DNA of 64,000 bases. It comes from Takakia lepidozioides. Its lineage: Eukaryota > Plantae > Bryophyta. The notes beneath the pieces were generated by a model. It ran no database searches. It had not been told where the DNA came from and worked only from the letters and a program-made list of their open reading frames with translations. Location of the stretch: the NCBI GenBank assembly GCA_030704615.1, contig CM060732.1, forward strand, positions 37,758,001 through 37,822,000. Reading direction: 5' to 3'. The translations under genes and the position numbers were made by a program. Below are positions 49,823-63,922 of this stretch, one piece after another (the first letter of the stretch is position 1; each line of letters opens with the position of its first letter).

Positions 49823-50792
49823 TCATCTGTTTGTGGAATGGAACTTCAACCAATCCTTGTAGAATTGTGCATACTGCCTTGTGTTGTTATCAATGGCGAC
49901 CTCGTACATCTTGTCCAGCCGCTGCAACTGGTTCTCTTGTTCTGGGCTCACATTTGATGCACCATTGGCAGATAGACTTATGTCGCTTTCAGCCCAGTTC
50001 TGATCTGCAGTGTATTGTTCAACGGGGTTGGGTACAATGGATTGCCGCTGTTGCGAGTACCAGGCCATAAGTTCCCTGAGATGTGGGAAAAAGAGGTGCT
50101 CCCACAGAGCTGGTGCGAACTCCAAACGAGAGGAAGCTGGATCCACCATGAACATGTCCAGTATGTGTCTGGTTCACAAGAATTTACGGGCCATATTACT
50201 TCAGATCTAGATAGCCGTGAGGATTCGGATAAGGTACAACAAATTCATTGACAAGAAGAACCTGTGGTGCAAGTCCGCAAGTCGAATTTAAACGTGCCAG
50301 GACGCGTACAGAATTCACGAGAAATTCCTTGGGAGCGCATGGTGTGATATAAAGAGGAGAATACCTAGTGGTCTCGCGGTCGTGGTCGCGAAGCTTGCAC
50401 ACAAAGGCGAGATTGAGGTGCGCCCATGCTGCGAGATAAGAACTGGGCAGTCCTGCTGTGCTGGAGCTCCCCTGACTATGGAGCTCTGCACAAACTTGGA
50501 GCAACTTCTCTGCGTAGTCCAGCCGAATGGACCTCTCCATTATGTCCGTGGCGGCAAGAGCTCCCTCCACAGCATCAATGCCCCAGTTCAGATTGGAGAG
50601 AATTGCCCGCTCAACGTAGGGGGGTCGGGACTTTGGTTTCTGCAACTTGGCCACACGATCTGCGTATTGCTCCTTATGCTGTTTGCGATGGCCCGTGTCT
50701 AGCAAGGCGTCCAATGCATATCGTCCCACCATCTGTACCATTGCCTCCACAGCTGCTTTATCAATCTCCGCTGCGAAAATTTGAGGCGTCAT
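49823..50792 (-). CDS. Truncated LIN/CERBERUS paralog, N-terminal LIN domain only (2 exons, 257 aa)
   Basis: Exons 50792-50365 and 50168-49823 with a GT-AG intron give 774 nt with no internal stop. It encodes AILSNLNWGIDAVE...RLDYAEKLLQVCA...YLAAWAHLNL...HILDMFMVDP..SRLEFAPALWEHLFFPHL...NTRQYAQFYKDW. Confidence 0.85.
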
Positions 50793-52898
50793 ATGTACCC
50801 GATTTTTAGTGAAAAAATTGCTACCTGTACCTAGGGGGATCTTGGAACGAGGACGACGAGGTCGCAAGCTGTCCTAGGCACCATTGCATTCTGGGTGGTC
50901 AGGGCGTTGGAATGACTCTTCACGTGGTACGTGAGACCGCGCGCTAGTGTGTCCTTGGAGACGTCAAAATCTCACCTGCCAATGTGCTTGAACGGCTAAG
51001 CATTTTGCACCGGGGTCGACGAATTATCCTAGTGTCAGAGAAGCTCGTAAGAGCAGAAACCCCCTGAACCCAAGATCCGATTACTTGCACTACAGTCTCA
51101 TGTAATCTCATCCTTGTAACAAATTTCTTTCCACCGTCAAGCTCCATCCCCCCTCCATCTGAACTCCTTCATACTTCTACAAATGTCGAATCCCTCATTT
51201 GTCTCGACCCCACTTCTTCAGCTTCCACGCACCTACTGCACAATGCAAACTTTCACACCAAAGGATGGATAGACCTTGAAAGAGAGAGCACACGAAGTGT
51301 CCGAATCCTGGGCGCCTGCGAGAGGAGAGTGCACGCTGTGCATAGGGGGAGGAGAACGGCGGCGGGCCCCATAGAAAGCGACGAGCGTGTATGAGGGCAA
51401 CAAGCTGGCGCTGCGTTATAGCCATCATGGGATCGATCAGTGAGAGAGACCCGTGCAGTGGGTCCATATGCCATACAACACCCGTGCGGTTAATTACCTC
51501 CACACTCGGAGAGGGGCCACAAGCTCAACCTACTGGCAGCAGGCAATCATATGTGCATTATGCTGCAATCACGCAACCATTGCAGCAGCGCAACTTTCTT
51601 GCAAACCTCTGTCAGTTTAGTATCTGCTTCTAGTTCATTTTTTGGATCACCTGATTGGACGACGCTCAGTACCATCTGGGCAATCCTTTGTGGAGGTACT
51701 CTATACATTGGGAGAGGATAGAAGATCTGAAGTGAAGTGCACAGTAGTACTGCACAAGCGAGTTTGTGATCCTATTGCTTGATGAATCATTCATCTCTTT
51801 TTAGCTCTAGACTTGTATAACTTTGGTGACCATTTGTGTGTCGTTGCCAACGTTCCACTGGTTGAGACGTATTTAAAGAGCAGTCAACAGGATAAGACAA
51901 ACATAGATACTTGCAATCAAGTGCAGGAGGATTACCGTAATATAAACGACATGTTTGCCAGCCACGCAATTCTGTTTCCATGTGTTTTTTTTTGGCCCTT
52001 CCAACTAAACTTTCTGAAATTAGTTCTCAAGGGCATCAAGTAGATCTTATCATGCTTGACAATCATGTATCTTTCGCTTACGATCTCGGAATTTGATGTG
52101 AGAAGTTGGGACTCTTCACGTCTAGGGCTTGTAAACAATAGATTGCCGCTATAATCTCCTTGGATGCTATTTAAGGATGCAGAATCTTGTGGGTCAACGT
52201 ATCCATTCGGATCCAGTCACCACATTTCTGATTCTGTCCATTTCTGTGGTGCTCAAGGATGCTCAAGAACTTATGGTTTACCGTGCTTCAGACAGCCGGC
52301 CTGAGCCTGCCGCCACAACTAGAACTTTCTTCGATCAAGCATGTTTGCAGCTCTAGGTCAAATTTGGAATCCAGAAGTACACATACGCATGTTCCATCGT
52401 GTCCTGAGAGGAGGTAGAACATAGTTCCCATAGTTAACCTGCTTTGTCGCGGATGAGAGAGGTGGATAGGTGTAATCATAATGAGAGAGAAGGTGCAAGG
52501 AAAGTGTAGGGTGCGTGGAGAGGGGTGTTTTCATCCAGAAAGCTTTGCAGACTCTACAATTGCTGGGTGGTGCAGGGCCATGAAGACGGGATGCAAAGAG
52601 GGTTGTGGTTGATTGCAAGCTACATGGTCGGGTCACTCGAAACGTGGAGCTCGAGACAAGGTTGCTAATCTGGGGTTGTTTTGAGTACCGGTCGATGAAT
52701 TCGAAAACTTGAATTACACCTTCCAAAAACATGTACACGAACTTGCTCTGACGCGGAGATATCTTCGTGATCAGAAGCGACCCTTCGTGGATTGTGGAGC
52801 GTGATCTCAAGAACGCCCGACATGAAATTCATAGAGCTGGAATAATCTGGAATCCGTCCAAAGAAAGCTGCCTCCAGCAGGGAATTGGAGAATCCGAA

Positions 52899-55800
52899 AT
52901 GTCGCTCCCCATGTACGCCGCTGCTGTAGAAACTGCGGCGGTCGGGGCTATGGTTTCTGTGGTGGGAAGCTACACACTTGATATGTTGTTAAATAAAGAC
53001 CAACGGGCCCAGCATAAGGAGCAGTGTGCGGAGCGGCTGAGACTGCATGACAGACATGAAGTAGAGTACGCAGAACAGGCTATTCTGGCGAACCTAGATT
53101 GGGGCATCGATTCAGTGGAGGAAGCTATCAACTCCTCAGATCCAGAGACACGGAGTGCACGCCTTGAGTACGCTCAAAAGATGCTTCAGGTGATTACACT
53201 CTGCCCAGCTCAATCTGTACACTCCCCTCTTCTTGAGGTAGCTTGATTTAATTAGCGCCCAAGATGGAAGCTCGAGTGCAGTCTAATCTGCGCTGGATGG
53301 GTGATGTGTAGAAGCAAGTCTGATCATCGCTCTGCAAGCGGCGGAAGTCGGTCGCTGATCTCAGGAATTGAACTAAGTTATATATGTACAGTAACTCAGT
53401 TGTTCTGCAAATCTCTTGATCAAATTTGGTGGGTTGATCTACCTAGGTGTGCGTACTTTTAGACAGTCGGTCAACAACTGCAGGAGTATCCAATTGCTAC
53501 CTCTCAGCGTGGGCACACCTTAACCTGGCCTTTGTGTGGAAGCTCCGTAACAATGATCAGCAGGCTACCAAGCACATACTCGAGATGTTTCTAGTGGACC
53601 CTTCGTGCTCTCGTGTGGACCTTGCTCCCAGGTTGTGGGAACACCTCTTCCTTCCTCATCTTACAAGTATTCTAGCGTGGTACTCTGAGCAGCGGCTAGT
53701 TGTTTTGCGAGGGACTTCAGTTACGCAAGAACAGACTCGTCAGGGACCGGATGGTGACCGTTTCTCCATGGATGATCCATACCCAGAAATGAATGCCAAG
53801 AACTTGAATCTTATGAGCGGGGAGAAAGCCACAATGCTCCAAGAGCTGGAAAAGCTGTATCTGGATTCTTTGGACGAAAATACGCGCCAGTATGCACGCT
53901 ACTACAAGGATTGGTTGCACTCTGATCTCGGCTACAATAAGAGTTCACGGGGAATGGGCATGCCTCTCATGCCGATTGCCGAGCCGCCCATGACTCCAGT
54001 GCATGAAATTCAAAATGTCTCTGACCTCTTTCGAGGCATTCGAGCGATCGACAGATCGACAGGTCCGTACCCTATGAGGGAGCCACCAGTCACCAATCAC
54101 GGCACCTCCTTTTCTTCGACTAGCTCCCCCTCGCCAATTATTCTCAGAGATTCAAACGGGTCTTCGTCGAAAGAGCCCGAGGCGCCATCTAAGCTGGGGT
54201 GAGTAATCTCACCAAGGATCGACATTCTCGATTATCTAGAATTTCATTAATTTGTGTAACTCACTCGAGAATTCACCACCTGCTTGACCTAGAAATACAT
54301 TTCGAGAGGTCAGAAAGGCTTTGCGCATTGGATCTTCTCAACTCCATTCATATAACTATTCGGCCTCACAATCCGGCCCACAGGAAGGTCTGCGCTAGAC
54401 TTAGTGCCAGTCAGCAGTCCACAACCTACTGCATGCTCAGGCTGCGTTCAAGTAAATCGTCCTAAGTGTGATTTTACAACCCACGAGTTGGGTCTACATA
54501 AACTGCTAAGTAGGTTTGAGCTTCTGATTGATGCAGGCAAAGCCCATTGTTGCTTCCTTCAAGTGGGAGAGCCAGTGACAACAGTACTACTGTCAGCTTT
54601 CTGCAAAGTTGTAATAATGTATGAGCCTCGAAGCACCACCCAAGTCCATCGATCTAGAGACTAGAGTCTATATATGTGTATTATGTATATCTCTAATTTA
54701 TGGTAACACCTCTTCTTGCTGGAGAGTTGTACAGATGGGTGCTCGTCCAGGGGCAAAACATTCTCGAGAAAACATGTATGTGTGCAATATTGATCTGAAG
54801 TGTAAGCATAGAACTTGCACGCACATGTACAGAACATATCCATGGTACTAACAGTACAGTTTCGGGCTATATAAGTAACTTGTATTCGCAGTTATACATC
54901 AACTGCCATGAGCTCGTACTAAGTATTTTAATAAGCTCGGAACATTTCAGGCAGTGTACTATAATAGGCATTCCTCATGACACCTCAGGCATAGAAATGG
55001 GATCTAGTTCGACAGGGTCTGAGATTGAGCACCAGCTAGAGATAGTGGCAGCAGTCGGAATGAGTTCAAGTCGCTTTTATTCGGGCATGTTTTTAAAGTT
55101 TGGGATCCAAGTCTGTTGTCTCTAACTGTTAGAATTTGAAGCAGATGAATAGTAAAGTGTTTTAATACAAGGTCCCTAGAACTGATCCTTCCCCAGCCTT
55201 CTGATGTGTTCTTTTACAGCCCGTTTGGGAGGAAGCCCCATCAAGCGTCACCAGCACCACAGGCGCTGTTGCTCACCCATTTGCCAAAAGTCCGATATCC
55301 GACAAATTTGAAAGCCCAGATGCTGTTCAAGCTCGAGTAGTTTTTGACAATGACTTAGCTGGATCAGGTACTCTTCATCTTTCGCTCGAAAAAGGGTTCA
55401 ATTGGAGCACTACATTGGGACCTCCAACAGAAGTCGCCAAAGTCTCTGATCTGCTGGACCCCTCCAAGTCGGAGAAGCTAAGGGTGGCTGAACCCCCAGA
55501 AAGGAAATTGAGTGATAAGCGGCTATATACTGACCATCGCAACTTAGACCCTCACAGATGTCCATTAGCGTCTGCCGCGCGGCCTATGGCCGACTATAAT
55601 TCCCCGGATGACTCGGTCCGGTCTGCTATAGTGGAGACAAGAACGTCCGAATCTGTCTGGAAAGGAGAGGTTGAGGTAAGCATCTGCACAACTAGTAGTT
55701 TCTAGTGCAACATGGATTCGACAATTAGAACAGTTAATTAGCTATAGGTTCCAGAAGAGGTTTACGTGCAATTTAGATCGTGTTCTAACTACTTTTTACA

Positions 55801-58800
55801 ACTTGTTCAAACCTGTGCCCATGGAGCCGGGCTCACTAAAAATCTAGATACATCTAATTGGTTGCAAGAGCCAGTGCCACCAACACCACAACAAGTCACG
55901 GTGCCAGTAGCTGACCCTGTTGTTACTACAGACACAGCATTCTCTCGGGGACGAAGCTGATTTTCTGGTGTAGAGCTGATAAGTGGCGTTAGATCTGTGG
56001 TCATGAATACAGGAAGATTGCGTGCAAGAAAAACACGTTGTTCTGCTCCCAGAAGCGTCTGAAGAATTAGCGCGCCCAATCACTCATATCAATCCAGTAT
56101 CTCCAGAATTACCAAGACTAGAGGGTCCTCAATTTTTAGAGGTAGCAGCTCAACACCCTTTCCAAATGATCAGCCCTGAAGCTGACGTCACCAGCACCTT
56201 TGCTATCGCTGCAAAGTCTGGCCCTGGATCCTTACAATGCAGGTATTATGCCCTCTAACATCAAGTAGGATCCATACGTGCAGGGTTCAGGCCAAAATTT
56301 GAAAAGTAAATTCTGGATACCAGTTGTAATGCTCTTGTGGGTTTGTACATAGACAGTTTACCTAGACTAAATTTGGAATAGGTGAACCAGACTCGGTGAG
56401 TATGAAATGATGATCCATGTAACGGAGATATCATGCAACATCTACAACAAATGGGTGCTAAAAGTAGGACTTCCTACTCAGGTTGTTCCTTCGAACACTT
56501 GCTCCATATATAGCAAACTTAGTTGGTCCGAAGCTCAGGCCGTTAACTGGGTCCTAAAATCGTTTCCTTTGTGATTGCAGCTCTCCCACCGACTACAGTG
56601 AATCAGTCCTGGATGCAGCGCATCTAGACGAGGACCAAGCCAAAGAATCCAGACAGTTGCCTCACACTTCAGATGCTGGCCCTGTTGCCGAAATTTCTCA
56701 GTGGGCTGAAATGGTTGAGAGCAACACTTCAAAGCCTCCTAAGGACTTCGTCTGCCCCATCACAAGCCAGCTCTTCAACGATCCAGTGACCCTTGAGACG
56801 GGGCAGACATACGAACGAAGGGCTATTCAAGAGTGGCTAGACCGTGGAAACACCACCTGCCCTATCACACGCAAAAAACTGAAAAGCAAAAAGTTGCCAA
56901 ACACGAACTATGCTCTCCGAATTCTAGTGGCAAGCTGGAAAGATGACTACCCAGAAACACCAAACGAATACGAGGTGCTTACACACCCTGGCGAAGAGGT
57001 ACGATCGGAAAGTGAATTATCTCCTTCTCACACATCGCCGACAAGCAACACTCGCAGTACTAGATCATTCAATTCCGATGCTAGCAAAGGATTACCGACG
57101 AAGTCATTTGACTGTCGCCTTTTCGGCCAACGCCCCAAAGATGCTCTCCTAGCGCCCCTTGATGCCCTGTTGGTGTCTCAGCTGTCTCCTGCGATTTCCA
57201 CCCTATGTCCCATTGAAGACTTGAGGGAGTGTGAAGCTGCAGTGATAACTATAGCAAATGTGTGGCAGGAAACCAAGGGGAATAACAACGTGGAAAATCT
57301 TCTGTCAAATGTTGATGTGATCGAGGGATTAATAGAGGTGATGAGGCCATTAACTCCACCTGCCATGGACACTTTTGCTGCTCGCTCCTGCTCAACTAGT
57401 TTATGTAGCTAGTCTTGTGTAGTATCTTGGTGAATGTCCGAATCCAGGTTTCTGATCTAGCTATCTGTGGACAATATCAGGTGATGTCAAGATCAAACGA
57501 AACAGAGGTGCTGAAGGCTTCAATCTATGTGGTCTCTGAGTTGATGACCAAGGACGATTTCGCTGGGCGGGCGTACATCCAGGCAGACCCAAAATTAGAA
57601 TGCCTGGTGGGACTTCTTCGAAGGGGACTGGAGTCTGCTGCTGTCGTTTTATACCAACTCAACCTCTCTATTGGGCAGCTTGCACCCCTTGGTTTGCTGG
57701 CTCCTCTTGTCGCTATTGTGGTGAAAGATTCTGCTAGTAGATTCATCGACCCTGAGCTAGAGGTAAGACCCGAGAGCGGAGAGTCTAACAAATGTTCTCA
57801 TGCCCTCCGGAGAGAGAAATGAAATGAAATGAAATGAAATGGTGCTATATAATGTCCGCGGAAAGAGAGAAAGAAAGAAACTTCAAATTATGTCCACGGC
57901 CCGAATCCCAAAGAGCTTCTTTGACAAGCTGGAGTATGACAACGAATTTGTTGTTCAAAGGAAGAGGGACCTTCGTGAGGCTCAAGTGCTCCAGTAGTGG
58001 GACTTGTACCTGGTATAACAATTGGTTCCCGGGCATTCCAGATTTCCTGTAGAATCTCCAGCCCAAAAGAAGGGAATTGATTGACAGTCAAAACAAAATT
58101 GGTACCCTGGGTTAGGCTGGTAGCTCCCTTCACACAAGCATCAATCTGCTGTGTGTGAGCTGCCAAGCAATTAAACCCCAACAGTGCCAGGGCTCAGGGC
58201 TGCAGGCTCAGCCTCGAGTTTTTCAAAAGTTGGTGAAAACAGGTGCAAGACTATGTTTAGTAACTTAGCTAAGTACATTTTTTATGACAAATTTATGTTC
58301 ATTGATGTGTAGCTGGTGATGAAGCCCAAGGCAGCTGCGGTGATTCTACTGGACCATCTGGTAACAGGGGACGGCGATACCACGACCAGAATTACAACCT
58401 CTCTCACTCTCATTTCGCTCGATGCCGTGTCCGGCCTCATTGACAGGATGGATTCCCAAGATATGGAGGAGAGGCTAAGCACAGTCTCGCTCCTGCTTTG
58501 TTGCATCCAAGCAGAGGGCCACTGCCGCAATCTCGTAGCCCGTTCCACAAAGCTGGCCTCTGTTATGGAGCTTCTCCACAATGGGAACAAAAGGGCCCGC
58601 ATTGTCACCATTTCCTTTCTGTCAGAACTTACCCATCTCAGCAGGTAAGTTGAACATTACTGTAGATGAAGAGTTCATGCACAATCTATCCACCACTCGA
58701 CATTAACTAGGTTTACAAACCAAGACTTCACATATTATGGACACTTTGATTGCCCATCTCTGAACAGATTACATTATGTTTCTGATCAGGAGCTGTAATT

Positions 58801-61800
58801 TGTGACCCACCGTGCACTGCTGTTGGATCCCCAGGCAGTCAACTGCAATAGCAAAAATGCTCAGGCCTGATGTCGAACACCACCATCACCCAACCCATCA
58901 GGCTCCATTTTAGAAGGCGAAAGAGTTAACTAGCACTTGCTAAGATTTTAATTAGTCTTCAGAGGTATGAAGATGTTATGCAAATTGCAGACCTGTGTGA
59001 TTTTAATTTTGGAATGTTCAGGAGGTCTTTGAACAACGAGCTCTTACAGTTGGTGAAAACCGGAGGACTTCTGAGCAGCAGGCATGCGTTGCTAGTTCAT
59101 CTCCAATCGGCCCCATTGGAGCAACGTCCAGTGGCTGCCGGTCTGTTACTGCAGCTTGACCTTCTGGTACGACATTTCTTTCCCGGGAGGTTGCTAGGGA
59201 ATTTCCCTCAATGAAGTCGAGTGCTGGACATGGCTTATACATCAGTCAGCTAGAAGGGTTCAGTGGGGAGAAAGAAAGAAAGAACCTTTATAACGTCCGT
59301 GGACAAGAAGCTCATTGAAAAGCTCATGAGTCCTGATCCGATTAAGGAAAGCATGATACAAGGGAAAAGAAGTGGGGCCCCCAAGAAGCAACTTGAACTG
59401 GAAAATACGATTCAACTGCTAGAGATTCTCCTTGGAAGGTGGAGACCTCACTTCGATATGCCGCCAGGCATTTCTATGTCCATAGTGAAACACCTTATAG
59501 CTGCACATGAAGGATTGGCTGTACGGAGTCCCCGGATATTCTCTTCTTTTCGCCCCGCAGGGGAAGGATGAGATTTACTCAATAGAACCAAGAACCCTCC
59601 GAGGAGGAAGAAAACAAGGCATGACATGCAACTTTAACGTACCAAGCCCCAAATCCCAATTGCAAAAGAGATTATATGTGGGAGGTCCAACAGACAGTGA
59701 ACTCTTGTTCCAAGGTAGCTCACCCTAAAGAAGCTTTGAATTTGAGCAAACGTGAAGTCCTTGTTGTACCATTGATCTGCTCTATCTAGTTTTTCGGCAT
59801 TGTCTTAAATTGTTGTCCAATCGAAACTGATCTTTTTGCACGAGGTGATGAGCAACTGCCTGTCTCATGACAGGTTGAACCCCGAAAGGGCAGCATATAC
59901 CGAGAGGAGGCAGTGGAGACGTTTCTAGAAGTGATGACTTGCAAAGAGATCGATGGTTCACAAGAGAAAGCAGCAAACACATTGATGGCTCTCCCGGGTC
60001 GGTTCTCTTCGTCTGGAGAATCCCTAACCGAGGCATGGCTCCTGAAGACTGCAGGACTGGAGGAAAGCTCTGAAGCCTGTCTAAGAGAACTCGACCACGG
60101 TCCGAACAACGGACAGGTCGCCCCTGAAGATCTGGTAAGTGCAAGGTTTATGTGTAGCTTGCCCAGAGCTCTATTTCACAGCGGAATCAGCTCAGAAGAT
60201 CTCGTATCACAAGGTTATTTGACAGAGAACAATACAAGTTCTACGAACTCTTAATTACGAACTGCAGCTTCGCTTCTAGCTTTTATAATGCGATGGCATG
60301 ACTTGATCATGTAGGAGGAAGAGGAGAAGGCTGCAACACTGTGGGAGAAAAGAGTGGCAGAGGCGCTGGTAGAGTATGAATGTGGTGTGATAGTGGAGGC
60401 GCTAGGCCAGGGCTTGCAAAGCAAAAAGAAGGAGGTGTCAAGGCCTTGCATGATTGCCGCAACTTGGCTCTGTCACATGCTGCTTCAACTGGTCGACACA
60501 GGGGCCCGCCAAACTGCGCGCCACTGGTTGCTCACTCCGTTTGTAAAAATTCTAGAATCTGCCAGCGACCTGCAGGATAAGGTCCTGGCAGGCCTGGCTC
60601 TACACAGCTTCATCGCAGATCCAGGTGAAAACTCTATCATTCACACGATGATCTTTGTTATATTTGGCAGCGTGAGTAGGGTAGTCATTTGCATATTGAT
60701 GATCAGCACTTTGTGGCTGAAAGTAAGGGCTGACTTGCTGAGATGTACAGGGGGGGTGAAGCAGCTTGAGGCCGTCGCCAAAGACATCTGTGGATCACTG
60801 AGAGAGATCCGGAAATCAACGTGGACAGCCAAAAAGATCCTACGTGCACTTGCCAATGTTAACTGCTCACTTACGGTATAGATTCACGCTCAAGTGATCT
60901 TTATTTCTGTATTTCATGAAATTTTCTCAAGTGCTGACCAGTAGAGGAGTTCTGTGGACTCTTCGGACATTCTAAACAACTTAGACATAAGCATCCAGAT
61001 GGCACCTTGTGGCATTGTGATCTGTAGACCTGTGAGGTTGAAGTTCCCTTCGTCGAATATCGCGTCATGCTCATGAGAGACAGATCAGCAGACGGTCAGT
61101 GATAAAGTGACGAGTCTCCTACGAGTGTCTAATTTGGATCATTGGAGTCTGAATTGAACTTGCAGCCGATGCTATGGACGCATGGAGAAGTCACAACAGT
61201 GCATTCGTCTGGAAGTAATGGTGATGTGCGCACATTTGCTCTTGGCAAAGGTCGGCTATTCACTGGCCATGCAGATGGCTCTCTTAAGGTGCACTCAAAC
61301 GTTGAATCCCCATATTGTTTGCGCAGAATGCTATACTAATTTGTGTATGTATCCATTGGGCCGGGGACTGCGAAGGAGACTTACCCTTATTTATGGTAAT
61401 CGATCTGTTCAATGTGAAGGTGTGGAATGCGAGGACGAGGCTACCGAATCCCATGCAAGAGGTAAAGGAGCACACAAAAGCCGTGACATGTTTGGCAGTC
61501 TCGACGACGGCAGAGAGGCTTTACAGTGGCTCCCTTGACAGATCTATCCGGGTAATTATATGCAATTTGACATCTCTACAGTTTTCATTAGAATGAATAC
61601 CACACACACAGACAGCACACTCGAGTGAATATCAGCTCTCAGATGGATCATATACTTGGTAGCCTGTCATTTGACTTCACACAGGCCGTTGCTTATAAAA
61701 TTGAAGTACTAAAACTCGTGTACACATATAAATTTTTATTTTAAGGCAGGTCTGGGCAGTGGGATCGGGATCGGATCAGAATATTGCTTGTGTTGCTCAT

Positions 61801-62570
61801 TTCGATATCAAGGATGGGGTACAAGGGCTTGTCGTTCGTGGGCCTATGGCGTGCATTATTCCACAAGGGCCCGGCATCCTTAAGGTGTGTTATGTGCAAT
61901 CCTCATAACCTGTAGGACGAGGAAATCAGTTCTGTGTCTCGGGACTTATCTATATAAGACCAAGTTACCGATGCAATGTTGTCTGGACATCCCTTTTTGC
62001 CTCTACCGCGCACGACTGTCCTTGAGCTGTCCTTGAGCTAATCAAGTGCCATGCAATTGGCAGGCCTAGGAAAAGTAAGAACATTGTCAAAATATTCGAA
62101 AATTGCTTTGTATATGATCCGTGCATCAAATAGAGAGAGGAGACATCGACGCTTGAACATGGGTTGTGGATCATTGCAGGTGCACTATGATGACATTTCT
62201 ACTAGGCACCTTAATGTGAACAAGCATGTGCAAAGCCTAGCCATTGCTGCTGATGGAAAAATCTACTGTGGCTGCACTGATAACAGCATTCAGGTCAGAT
62301 TCCTTTTAACTATTTTGTCGACTATTTTATCATGGTGCCTCGTATGCATTGACTTCCACAGCATGCAACGAAGTGGTGAACAGAGTTTGGACATTGTGCC
62401 AATTGACGTGAGCAAACTTGCAGGAATTGGATCCTTCCGGAAGTCCAGTGGTGACTATTCAACCAGGTGTGAAAACCTTGCTTGCATCGAGAAAGGTGAT
62501 CTATGCCCTCCAAGTCCACAAGGACTTACTGTACTCCGCAGGATCCATTTCGGATGGTGTCGTTGCCAAG
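52899..62570 (+). CDS. LIN: U-box/ARM/WD40 E3 ubiquitin ligase LIN/CERBERUS (multi-exon; 3' end beyond the window)
   Basis: LIN N-domain (QHKEQCAERL...AILANLDWGI...YLSAWAHLNL; PIAEPPMTP), U-box PPKDFVCPITSQLFNDPVTLETGQTYERRAIQEWLDRGNTTCPITR (~56735-56870), ARM-like exons at 57481-60876, and WD40 exons (LFTGHADGSLK, EHTKAVTCL, LYSGSLDRSIR, IYCGCTDNSIQ). Confidence 0.93.
57817..57865 (-). mobile_element. Very short LINE 3' end with an (ATTTC)n tail in a LIN intron
   Basis: The reverse complement CTTTCCGCGGACATTATATAGCACC(ATTTC)5 matches 63884-63922 and ~8399-8438. Confidence 0.7.
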
Positions 62571-62679
62571 GTATTTTGACCAAATCCACTGTAGATCTAT
62601 ATAGGAGAATTCAGCAGCATGGAAGATTCATCACATGCATTTGAGAGGAGTCCCATACGCTGGATTTCGCTCGTTCATT

Positions 62680-63922
62680 ATTCCTTTCTTTGATGTTGCC
62701 CTTTTGGCACAATCCCCGGTCTTCCTGCAACGCCATCTCCACATTTTGGAACAGTTCTCCAACTATGAGATGCAAGTCAATCTTAGCAAGACCAAGATCA
62801 TGGTCTTCAATGGCCAGGCTGATCGTAGATTCATCTTCAACCAGCAGGAAATTGAGATTGTGAAATCATACCGGTACCTGGGTCTGGTTATCCACTCCCC
62901 CAAGTTTCACTTTGCAGCCACTGCACTGGACAGATTGACTAAAGGTAAGGTGGCCTCCGTCCGCCTTCAGGCCAAATGCAAGCAAATACATCTGCGTCAT
63001 CCCCCAACCAAAAAGTGGCTGTTTGACACCGTCGTCAGCCCTGCTACCATCTATGGTTGTGAGTTCTGGGCACCTGGTGTCCCTGTCTCCTGGTGGGAAA
63101 AGAATCTGGAACCATTGCAGTCATCTTTTCTCCAAGCAATGCTTGGCGCCAGAAGCACAACTCCATCTCAGATCCTAGGTGCGTTCGCATGTGTACCATT
63201 GCAATCCGGGCCCTCTTCCGGCTTACAATCTTTCTCCATAGATTACAGGCCCTTCCACCCAGGGGATCGTGGCAAGGGCCCTCGCAACATCTATGAGGCT
63301 CAAAGCTGCAGGTTTGAGGAACTCCTGGTATGCTCGAGTGGACAGTTTATTTCAACGCAACGGACTCTCTACTGCTTCCCTATTACCAATGAATCCAGAT
63401 GAGGTGGACATCACATCCAGACATGACCGCAACGGACTCATTAGGAGAGAGCTTATGGAATTACATGTCAAGAGAACTTGGAAGCTACCCAATCTCACGA
63501 CAAAGCTCCACTTCTATCGAGAGACATTCTTGGTGCTCCGAGATGATACAATCTTGAGACCAAATTACCTTTCAGCATCCTTATCTCCTTCTCTCCTGAG
63601 GGCATTGGGGCGGTTCAGGATGGGTTCCCACAACCTACGGATAGAGACTGGCATATGGGAAAACCTGCAACGGGAGGACCGCCCAGCTTGCAAAGTGGGA
63701 GATTCCACTGTTTATTCAGTGGAACCCAAACTCTCACTGATGTCTTCCACTATGAATGCTTGGCGGCCTACCTGCACGAGGCCTTCACCCTTAGACAATC
63801 GCTAGAACATTAGTTCTTATTCTTTGGTTCTGGATTTGTTCCTCTCTCATGTTTTCTTCCATTTGTCCGATAAGCTCTAGGAGCTTTCCGCGAACGTTAT
63901 AAAGCACCATTTCATTTCATTC
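62680..63922 (+). mobile_element. 5'-truncated LINE (RT C-terminal half plus 3' UTR) in a LIN intron
   Basis: DVALLA...LQRHL...VNLSKTKIMVF...YRYLG...IYGCEFW and RFRMGSHNLRIETG. Ends CACCATTTCATTTCATT. Confidence 0.88.
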
